Below, piece by piece: positions 55,140-62,625 of a stretch of 64,000 nt of DNA. This DNA is from an uncultured Christensenella sp. (GTDB taxonomy: Bacteria > Bacillota > Clostridia > Christensenellales > CAG-917). Location: contig CAJTYG010000006.1 in assembly GCA_910584155.1 (NCBI GenBank), positions 67,844-131,843 on the forward strand, written 5' to 3'. Under the pieces are notes generated by a model. It made no database searches, was not told where the DNA came from, and saw only the letters and a program-made list of their open reading frames with translations. The translations under genes and the position numbers were made by a program. Within the stretch, counting starts at the first letter, position 1. Each line of letters begins with the position of its first letter.

Positions 55140-56876
55140 TTACCATTTCGGACGTATAAAACGCTTCTGCTCTTCTGTCAAATCGAGGCCAAGCGTTCCG
55201 CCCGGATTCATAATATTGTCGGGATCGAAATGGTGCTTCAGCACTTTGAGAATTTCCATCTGACGTGTGCCTATCTGACCTTCCAACCACGGAGCGAAGA
55301 ATTTGCCTATGCCGTGATGATGCGAGATCGCCGCTCCGCTCTTTTGGATATGATCGAGTATTCCGCTCCAATAGTTGACGAAATCGTCGAGCGTATTCAT
55401 TTTTGCGATGAATATAAAATACAGATTTGCGCCCTGCGGATAGCAGTGTGACATATGCGTCATACAAATTGTATCGGGACGGCTGTGGCAGTATTCACGC
55501 ACCAACTGATGGACGTGCTCCATCTGACTCCACGTGACGGAGCACTCGAGCGTGTCTGTCATAACGCCGAAATCCTGCATAGTGTCACGCAGATACGGAT
55601 CGTTGAAACGTCCCTTTTCCCAAGCGGACGTCACAACGCCCGTAAGGCTCATTGCGCCGTGTTTTCTGCAAATGCGCTTTACGTTTTTAGCGATGTTTTT
55701 GCAGAAGCCTTTTTCGCCGTCGGTGAAGCCGAGGAACAGGCAACGCTGATGCTGCTTATATCCTAAGCTGCCGAGCATCTTGCCGAGAGGGCTTTCCGCA
55801 ACGCCGTAAAGGTGCATCATCATATCCGTTTCTTCGGGGTCGGACAGACGGAATACGCTGGGATGTCCACATTCGCACTGCATGATTTCACGTGCGGCGT
55901 CCATTGCCGTTTCCCAATCCTTAAACATAAAGCTGAATTTATAGTGATTTTCGGGCATATAGCGGAATACCTTAAGAGTCACGTGCGTAAGAACACCGAA
56001 CGTGCCCTCGCTGCCCATCATTATCTGATTGATGTCGGGTCCCGTAGCTTTTGCGGGGAACGGCTCCGTCTTGACGATACCCGTAGGAGTAGCATATTCC
56101 TGCGCTATAACGATATCCTCGATTTTTCCATAATAAGTGGAATTCTGTCCTGCGCCTCGAGTTACCGTCCAGCCGCCTACCGAGCTGTATTCAAAAGATT
56201 GCGGGAAGTGTCCACAGGTGTACGCACGCTTTGCTTTGAGCGTCTTAACGGCATTGTTTAGTATTTCTTCGAGCTTTGGACCGCTCATTCCCGCTTGCAC
56301 TGTAATGGTCTGATCCGTTTCGTTAAAGGATATAACTTTGTTGAAATGACGGCGCATATCGAGGCTTATTCCGCCGCAGATAGGCTCGACGCCACGTGTA
56401 ACGGAAGAACCGCCGCCATATACGTAAAGCGGAATTTTCTCCTCTGTGCACAGTTTTACGATTTGTTCTATCTGTTCCTTATTCTGCGGATAGATAACCA
56501 CGTCGGGGACGTTGTCCGCAATATGCTCACGCAAACGCAAAAGATCGAACATAGTTTTGCCGTACGCCACGGACAGTCTGTCGTAATCATCGACAGAAAC
56601 ATTATCCTTGCCTGCGATATTGCGCAGCTTGTCCAAAATTTCCTCGCTCAACGAACAGGGCTTATCGAGCTTCACTTCTTCAAGTCCGAGCGGCTCGTCA
56701 TAGTCCTTGAAATCGTCATCGGTAAGATGAAATATTTCTTTCATCAGCTTATACAAGTTTTCTTTTGGAATTTTGTTAAAGTTGGGATCGCCCCATTTGA
56801 ATATAGAACGATAGCTTCTTGCGGGCGGCGTTTCAAGATACCATTTCGGTTCAAAATCTTTGTAAGGTTTGCTCAT
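55140..56876 (-). CDS. FAD-linked oxidase, alkyl-dihydroxyacetonephosphate-synthase (AGPS)-like
   Basis: 578 aa. VAO-type FAD-binding domain (PLYVYGGGSSVTRG) and a long N-terminal helical extension, as in AGPS. C-terminal ISHHHGIGK (His triplet at 55314..55322) matches the AGPS HHH loop as I recall it. Confidence 0.6.
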   Translation of the reverse strand: MSKPYKDFEPKWYLETPPARSYRSIFKWGDPNFNKIPKENLYKLMKEIFHLTDDDFKDYDEPLGLEEVKLDKPCSLSEEILDKLRNIAGKDNVSVDDYDRLSVAYGKTMFDLLRLREHIADNVPDVVIYPQNKEQIEQIVKLCTEEKIPLYVYGGGSSVTRGVEPICGGISLDMRRHFNKVISFNETDQTITVQAGMSGPKLEEILNNAVKTLKAKRAYTCGHFPQSFEYSSVGGWTVTRGAGQNSTYYGKIEDIVIAQEYATPTGIVKTEPFPAKATGPDINQIMMGSEGTFGVLTHVTLKVFRYMPENHYKFSFMFKDWETAMDAAREIMQCECGHPSVFRLSDPEETDMMMHLYGVAESPLGKMLGSLGYKQHQRCLFLGFTDGEKGFCKNIAKNVKRICRKHGAMSLTGVVTSAWEKGRFNDPYLRDTMQDFGVMTDTLECSVTWSQMEHVHQLVREYCHSRPDTICMTHMSHCYPQGANLYFIFIAKMNTLDDFVNYWSGILDHIQKSGAAISHHHGIGKFFAPWLEGQIGTRQMEILKVLKHHFDPDNIMNPGGTLGLDLTEEQKRFIRPKW

Positions 56877-56967
56877 TTTTATAATCTCCTTATTATTATT
56901 CAGTTTAAAAATCTTTTGTTATACTAAGCCGTTTCGGGCTTTCGTACTGTTTTTCTCAAGGCTCGTA

Positions 56968-58503
56968 TCAACCCTTTTGCTTATCCATATACATATAAAA
57001 CGGCTGTAGCTTTTTGTAAAGCTTCATATATACATTGTGATATATTTCGTTGTAAATCTTTGCAGTTTCGGGATTAGGCTTAAAAACATCTACAAAACGC
57101 ACCATATTTTCCACTGCGTCGTCCACCGTCTTATACACACCGCAAGCCATAAATGTTATTATTGCAGCGCCCAACGCACACGTTTCGTGCGTCTGCACAC
57201 GTTTGACGGGCCTGTTAAAAATGTCCGCCGCAATTTGGCAAATGATATCGCTCTGCGCACCGCCGCCCGACACCGTAACGAAATCTATCGGCTGATGTCC
57301 TCTTCTTTCCATGCGTTCAAGCCCTTCCCTGAGCGCATAATCTATGCCCTCGATTATGGCACGGTATACATGGGCACGTGTATGGCAGTCGTTAAAGCCA
57401 ATTATAGCGCCCTTTGCTTCGGGATTAGTCAGCCCCGCCTGCCAAAATGGCTGCAATATCAGTCCGTCGCTGCCTGCAGGGATCGCACTCATTTCCTCAT
57501 TCATCAGAGCCTCGGTGCTCTTGCCCGTTTCCTCCGAGCGTTTTTCAAGGTGCTGAGCGAAATTCTTTTTAAACCAGCTTATCATCCAATATCCTCTGAA
57601 TATCTCTACCTCGGGATTGTAATATCCCTTGACGACCGACGGATAGCTGGGCATAAACGGTTCGGGCTCAAAATACTTTTTGCTTGAAAACTGAACAGTG
57701 CTTGTCGTGCCGAAGGATACGCTTGCAACGTTGCTTGCAAGGCAGCCGCCGCCCAAGGTTTCGCAGCTTTTGTCCGAACCGCTGGCAATAATTTTAAGTC
57801 CGACCGGCAGACCGGTAAGCTCGGCTACTTCTTCCGTAACCGCTCCCAAAACGTCGCCCGGATCGCAAAGCGGCACCATCATTTCAAGAGGCAGATTGAA
57901 TACGGGGAAAAGCAAATCGTTTTTCTTAAGCCACGTTTTCTTTTTGCTGCTGAAAGGTAAATGTGCAATTATCGACGCATAAGATTCTACCAGTTTGCCC
58001 GAAAGCTTAAAGTTGAGATAACCTGATATAAGCGCAACCTTATCGACCTTTTTCCACACCTCGGGCTCGTTGTCCTGTATCCAGTTTGTAAGCACACGTC
58101 CCCTTATGGCTTTCAGCGTGCGTGACATACCTACAAGATTAAAGAGGAAGCGTTGTTTGAAAGGCAGCTTTTTAGACGTATCGGCGGTGCGCATATCGCT
58201 CCACAGTATACAGTTGCGAACGACCTTGCGCTCCTTATCCAATAAAACTGCGGTATCACGGAATGTGGATACCGATATCGCCATAACGCTTGACATAAGA
58301 TCGGGACGTTTGTCGTTTATTGCCTTGGTTATGCCGCACAGCACGCTCCAATACATATCGGCGGATTGCTCCATATAACCGTTTTCCTTTGACAAATACG
58401 GCTTATAGCTCACCTGCTCTTTTATCAGCAGATTGCCCTTTTCGTCAAAGACGATCCCTCGCATGCTTTGAGTGCCTACGTCAATCACCAACACGTTGCT
58501 CAT
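56968..58503 (-). CDS. FGGY-family carbohydrate/polyol kinase (not a canonical GlpK)
   Basis: N-terminal VLVIDVGTQSMRG phosphate-1 motif, plus FGGY C-domain motifs (GGGAQSDIICQIAADIF). ATG 58503 follows GGAGGG. Confidence 0.8.
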   Translation of the reverse strand: MSNVLVIDVGTQSMRGIVFDEKGNLLIKEQVSYKPYLSKENGYMEQSADMYWSVLCGITKAINDKRPDLMSSVMAISVSTFRDTAVLLDKERKVVRNCILWSDMRTADTSKKLPFKQRFLFNLVGMSRTLKAIRGRVLTNWIQDNEPEVWKKVDKVALISGYLNFKLSGKLVESYASIIAHLPFSSKKKTWLKKNDLLFPVFNLPLEMMVPLCDPGDVLGAVTEEVAELTGLPVGLKIIASGSDKSCETLGGGCLASNVASVSFGTTSTVQFSSKKYFEPEPFMPSYPSVVKGYYNPEVEIFRGYWMISWFKKNFAQHLEKRSEETGKSTEALMNEEMSAIPAGSDGLILQPFWQAGLTNPEAKGAIIGFNDCHTRAHVYRAIIEGIDYALREGLERMERRGHQPIDFVTVSGGGAQSDIICQIAADIFNRPVKRVQTHETCALGAAIITFMACGVYKTVDDAVENMVRFVDVFKPNPETAKIYNEIYHNVYMKLYKKLQPFYMYMDKQKG

Positions 58504-58584
58504 TTTTCCCTCCTTATCGATGCCGCACATTGCTTACGCAAAATACGGCAGCATATCCCCTATTAAATCTATTTGCCGCTCAAA

Positions 58585-58932
58585 TCAAAGCATTTCGGAC
58601 GTAGTGATCACATTGATATCCGTCCCGCATACTTTTTCAATCAGGACCGTCCCTATAGGCACTCTTTTGTCAAGAGTAAACTTGGATAGTTCCCTGATAA
58701 ATTCAAACATTTTATCCTTTGGAATTTCGCCGTCCGTGCGAACAGATACAACAGGATATCCGTCCACCGTCGTTCTGACGGAGCTTGTAACGCTTCTCAT
58801 AGGGCACGTAAGCTCCGATATGGCGAAGTTTTCGCCCCGTTTACACCTTGCGCCCTGTACTGTCACTCCGCCGTCGGTTTTGTCCACCTGAAGTCTGCAG
58901 CCGTTTGGGCAGACGATACATACCATATCCAT
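58585..58932 (-). CDS. DUF1667-domain protein (third subunit of GlpA/NOX-type G3P dehydrogenase complexes)
   Basis: 115 aa. MVCIVCPNGCRLQV...GARCKRG Cys pattern. Tightly coupled: start at 58932, upstream stop at 58934. Confidence 0.7.
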   Translation of the reverse strand: MDMVCIVCPNGCRLQVDKTDGGVTVQGARCKRGENFAISELTCPMRSVTSSVRTTVDGYPVVSVRTDGEIPKDKMFEFIRELSKFTLDKRVPIGTVLIEKVCGTDINVITTSEML

Positions 58933-58933
58933 A

Positions 58934-60169
58934 TCAGCCCTCCTTCAATTCTATCAAGATTTGTTCGGACGCAAGATCAGCCGCCGAATAATCTATCACA
59001 ACTCTTTCCATTTCGGGCGGAAGCAATTTAGCAAAACGCTTGCTGAAAATTTCTTTGCCGCCTACAGTAACCGTCAGCTTTTGTTTGGATAGCTCCTCGC
59101 TTGCACGGAAATACGTTATGACCTTGCTCACGTCCGCATTGACGTCGAGCATTTGCGGAACCATATACAAAAACTTACCCTTGACCTTGACGGGAACGAG
59201 CTTTCGTTTTCCGCAAGGCTTGCTTGCGTCCTCGCCTGCCGTCTCGCCGCTTTCGGACACGTAATCGACCAAATCGTTTACGTGAAGCGCATTTCCGCAA
59301 GCATATACGTTGTCCGTGAGCGTCTGACAGTTTTGGTCGACTATCGCACCCTTGGTTTTTGGATCTATTTTTACAGACAAATCCTTTGCCAACTCATTTT
59401 CGGGTATCAGTCCGACCGCAAGCACCAACGTATCGCAGTCTACTATCCGCTCTGTCCCTGATATGGGACGCATTTTTTCGTCCACTTGAGATACCTCGAC
59501 CTGCTCCAGTCTGTTTTTGCCTATGACACGGGTGACCGTAGTTGACAAATGCAACGGAATATTAAAATCGTGTAAACATTGATGAATGTTGCGTGTAAGG
59601 CCCGACGGAGTGGACTTAGCCTCGTAAACGCCTTCCACCGTAGCGCCTTCCAAAGTCAAACGCCTCGCCATGATAAGTCCTATGTCTCCGCTTCCGAGAA
59701 TGACGACCTTGCGTCCGGGCATAATACCCAAAATATTCACGAGATTTTGCGCCGCACCTGCCGTATAAATGCCTGCGCAACGGTCGCCCTGAATAAAAAT
59801 GCCGTTGCGGGTACGCTCTCTGCAACCCGTAGAAAGAATGATTTTATCACATTCCACGGTTTTTACTCCGTCCGCACAGACATAAGTAAGTTTATAACAA
59901 TCGTTCTTGACTATGTTTGTCACAAAGCTGAACAGGCTGACGGTTACGTTTGTATCACGCAATTCCTTGATAAATCTATCTGCATATTCCGGTCCGGACA
60001 GCTTTTCGCCGAAACGCACCACCCCGAAACCGTCATGAATACACTGTTTAAGTATTCCGCCCAAGCGAGCCTCTCTCTCTATAAGCAGCACGCTTGCATT
60101 TTTGCTTGCTCTTATGGCTGCTGCAAGTCCTGCGGGACCTCCGCCGATGACCACTACGTCGTATTTCAT
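58934..60169 (-). CDS. FAD/NAD(P)-dependent pyridine-nucleotide-disulfide-type oxidoreductase (GlpB/NOX-like subunit)
   Basis: MKYDVVVIGGGPAGLAAAIRA and a second Rossmann motif VVILGSGDIGLIMARR. ATG 60169 is chosen. The track ORF start at 60340 would overlap the upstream gene by 150 nt. Confidence 0.75.
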   Translation of the reverse strand: MKYDVVVIGGGPAGLAAAIRASKNASVLLIEREARLGGILKQCIHDGFGVVRFGEKLSGPEYADRFIKELRDTNVTVSLFSFVTNIVKNDCYKLTYVCADGVKTVECDKIILSTGCRERTRNGIFIQGDRCAGIYTAGAAQNLVNILGIMPGRKVVILGSGDIGLIMARRLTLEGATVEGVYEAKSTPSGLTRNIHQCLHDFNIPLHLSTTVTRVIGKNRLEQVEVSQVDEKMRPISGTERIVDCDTLVLAVGLIPENELAKDLSVKIDPKTKGAIVDQNCQTLTDNVYACGNALHVNDLVDYVSESGETAGEDASKPCGKRKLVPVKVKGKFLYMVPQMLDVNADVSKVITYFRASEELSKQKLTVTVGGKEIFSKRFAKLLPPEMERVVIDYSAADLASEQILIELKEG

Positions 60170-60188
60170 TTCCGCACCCCCAAAACTG

Positions 60189-61907
60189 CTATATCTCTTT
60201 GATGTTGCCGATCGCAACATAGCTTCCGTCGTCGCCCTTTTGGACATCACAGTAGTCAACTCCAAGCTCCTCGGCAATGGTCTTGACAACCAGCGGCATA
60301 CAGAAACCGCCCTGACAGCGTCCCATACCTGCACGGACACGGCGTTTTACGCCGTCCACCGTAGCGACCTTAAGCGGATTGTTTATTGCTTGCTTGATTT
60401 CGCCAAGGCTTATCTGCTCACAACGGCATATCATCTTGCCGAAATCCGAATTGCGCTTAATGAGCTCATCCCTCTGTTCGTCGGAAAGCGATTTGCACCT
60501 TATTGGCGCATTGCGATGAGGATCGAAATTGGGGTTTTCCGTTATCTGAACACCCAAAGACTGTAGCATATCTTTTGCCATCTCCGCTACGTCCAACGAA
60601 AAGGCGGGCGCCGCAGTAAGACCGGGAGACTGTATGCCTGCAACGTGTATGAGATTGCGGACCTTTGCGCTGCGTTCTATGATAAAGTCCTCCTCGTAAG
60701 ACGGCGCACGCACGCCTGCAAAATACGCAATTATGGCTGCCCTCTTCATAGACGGACAGCAGCGTTGCTGCTTGTTAAACACCTCGTCTATATCGCAAGA
60801 AGCCGTAGACGTATCTTCACGCAGATAAGTTTCGTGTGCGTTTGGTCCGAGCAGAATATTTCCGTCGACGGTTTTAATAATGCCGCCGCCCTTGGTATTT
60901 TTATGCTCTTTCAGCGTTTTAAGCGTAGGAGAAAGGCTTATTGCATTTGACGGAAGCCCGTCCGACTTTGGATCCAAAAGCAAATCTACGCCCTTACGAG
61001 GGTGTATAGAATAATATCTGTCTCCCGCCATCTGAGCGATTTTGTCCGCAAACACGCCCGCACAGTTGATGACGCATTTTGCGGTGAATTTTCCACGGTT
61101 GGTGGTGATTCCTGTGATTTGGCTGTCGGTATGCTCTAAGGAAAGCACCGCAGTATCAAGGGATATCGTAGCCCCGTTTTGCACGGCGTTTTCGGCATAA
61201 GCAATGGTAAGCTTATACGGTGATACTGCGCCCGTAGACGGTATCTTCAATGCGCCGACGGCAAAGTCCTTCACAGTCGGCTCTATAGCGCAAATTTCCT
61301 TTTTACCTATTATTTCAACGTCGGGGATATTGTGCTTTTTCGCACGGATAAGATATGTACGGGCTAAAAATTTTATAAGCCTCGAGGTAAATATGACGTA
61401 TTGTCCTGCACGCTCGAATTCCACGCCCAAATTGCGGCAAACGCTCTCGTACATTGCGTTTCCTCTTGTGACGTAATGCAGTTTTTTACACTTATGCTTG
61501 ATATCAATGCCTGCGTGCACCATTCCGTCGTTGGCTCCGCTTGCGCCGTGAGCTACGTCCGAATGTTTTTCACACACCAAAACTTTTAAATTATATTTGC
61601 AAAGCTCTCGTGCGACCGAGCAGCCGGAAATGCCGCCGCCTATTATCACAACGTCCCACTCTGTTCCCTCAAGCTTGTCATCACACACGGCAGGCAACAG
61701 CGGAGGACGGTCTTCGCCGCCTGTAAAACGAATGTCGTTTACAACATATTTTCCGCTCTTCTTATCAACAAAAAGCTTGCCGATTTCAACGATTTTGCCC
61801 CAGTCGTCGCATTCGCCTGTAACAATAATGCTGCGCTCGTCTTGAGTCGCCTGCACCTTTACACCGTATTTTTTGTAAACACCGTTTGCGATTTTTGCCA
61901 AATTCAT
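60189..61907 (-). CDS. FAD-dependent glycerol-3-phosphate-dehydrogenase-like oxidoreductase with a C-terminal BFD-like [2Fe-2S] domain and an N-terminal extension of about 84 aa
   Basis: DVVIIGGGISGCSVAREL dinucleotide fold. C-terminal CRCEQIS...GMGRCQGGFC. ATG 61907 (MNLAKIANG) follows AAGGGG. Confidence 0.75.
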   Translation of the reverse strand: MNLAKIANGVYKKYGVKVQATQDERSIIVTGECDDWGKIVEIGKLFVDKKSGKYVVNDIRFTGGEDRPPLLPAVCDDKLEGTEWDVVIIGGGISGCSVARELCKYNLKVLVCEKHSDVAHGASGANDGMVHAGIDIKHKCKKLHYVTRGNAMYESVCRNLGVEFERAGQYVIFTSRLIKFLARTYLIRAKKHNIPDVEIIGKKEICAIEPTVKDFAVGALKIPSTGAVSPYKLTIAYAENAVQNGATISLDTAVLSLEHTDSQITGITTNRGKFTAKCVINCAGVFADKIAQMAGDRYYSIHPRKGVDLLLDPKSDGLPSNAISLSPTLKTLKEHKNTKGGGIIKTVDGNILLGPNAHETYLREDTSTASCDIDEVFNKQQRCCPSMKRAAIIAYFAGVRAPSYEEDFIIERSAKVRNLIHVAGIQSPGLTAAPAFSLDVAEMAKDMLQSLGVQITENPNFDPHRNAPIRCKSLSDEQRDELIKRNSDFGKMICRCEQISLGEIKQAINNPLKVATVDGVKRRVRAGMGRCQGGFCMPLVVKTIAEELGVDYCDVQKGDDGSYVAIGNIKEI

Positions 61908-61976
61908 TTTGATACCCCTTATTAACTGATAGATCGATCGCAAAAAAACAATCATAAGTGCTATCTGTTTAATTAT

Positions 61977-62004
61977 ATTGTAAGACTTTTTATACAAATG
62001 TCAA
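61977..62004 (-). promoter_or_regulatory. Predicted sigma-A promoter of the flavoprotein/kinase operon (TTGACA-16 bp-TACAAT)
   Basis: The reverse strand reads TTGACAtttgtataaaaagtctTACAAT. The -35 is at 62004..61999 and the -10 at 61982..61977. Confidence 0.5.
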
Positions 62005-62184
62005 TATTCGTTTTTGTTTTTGGCACGGTATATTTAAAATGGTTCTATTTTATATATGTTTATAAAACAAAGTGATTGATAATACCCTAAAAATCAATGT
62101 TTTTATAACGTTTTAAACTTCTTATTCTATTGCGACCGAAATAAAACAGCCTTTTCCTGTTTAAAAAAGCTGTCTGAATTTTAC

Positions 62185-62214
62185 ATAAAAACGGCTCCGC
62201 ATTTGCAGAGCCGT
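62185..62214 (-). terminator. Rho-independent terminator after hypA
   Basis: The reverse strand reads ACGGCTCtgcaaatgcgGAGCCGTTTTTATG. Confidence 0.6.
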
Positions 62215-62226
62215 TTCGTCTTAAAA

Positions 62227-62622
62227 CTAACTGTTTGCTTCGCCGTCATCATCATCCGAATTCTCTTCTATCGGGTCTTCGGGCACGATGATTTCTTTTA
62301 TCATAAATTCTCTGCCCGAAAGCAGATCCTTTTCAAAAGAATTGCATTTGGGGCAATAGCCTTCATACGCTATGACGTTAAATATTTCACCGCAGTTTTG
62401 ACATTTTGCCATTCCGGGCACAACGTCAAGCTTGAGCTTGGTATTCTTAAAAAACGGCTTCGTATCGGTTACAGCAGGCCAGCACTCGTCAAGATAGGCA
62501 GGTATCACGCCACACAGCTCTCCTACCTGTAAAACTATGGTATCCACCTCTGGCAGGTTTTGCTCCTTGACCACATTTTCGACCACTCTTACGATCTCAA
62601 AGACTATTCCTAACTCGTGCAT
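62227..62622 (-). CDS. hypA: Nickel-insertion metallochaperone HypA/HybF family
   Basis: MHELGIV N-terminus (MHE Ni site) and zinc site CQNCG...CPKCN. 131 aa with an acidic tail EDPIEENSDDDDGEANS. Its SD (AAGGAG) lies inside the last codons of the upstream gene. Confidence 0.8.
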   Translation of the reverse strand: MHELGIVFEIVRVVENVVKEQNLPEVDTIVLQVGELCGVIPAYLDECWPAVTDTKPFFKNTKLKLDVVPGMAKCQNCGEIFNVIAYEGYCPKCNSFEKDLLSGREFMIKEIIVPEDPIEENSDDDDGEANS

Positions 62623-62625
62623 AGC

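Noticed and set aside
54397-55140. A prophage or genomic island integrated at tRNA-Thr
   Set aside because: Only 127 bp separate the tRNA from its 3'-end copy. Nothing nearby resembles an integrase, excisionase or phage gene. At most this is a scar, reported as a finding rather than as a mobile element.
58934-60340. A 150-nt overlap between the GlpA-like and NOX-like ORFs, and the long N-terminal extensions of the track ORFs (61997, 60340, 58530)
   Set aside because: Internal ATGs with good Shine-Dalgarno sequences (61907, 60169, 58503) coincide with the conserved protein N-termini and remove the overlaps. The upstream extensions have junk-like composition.
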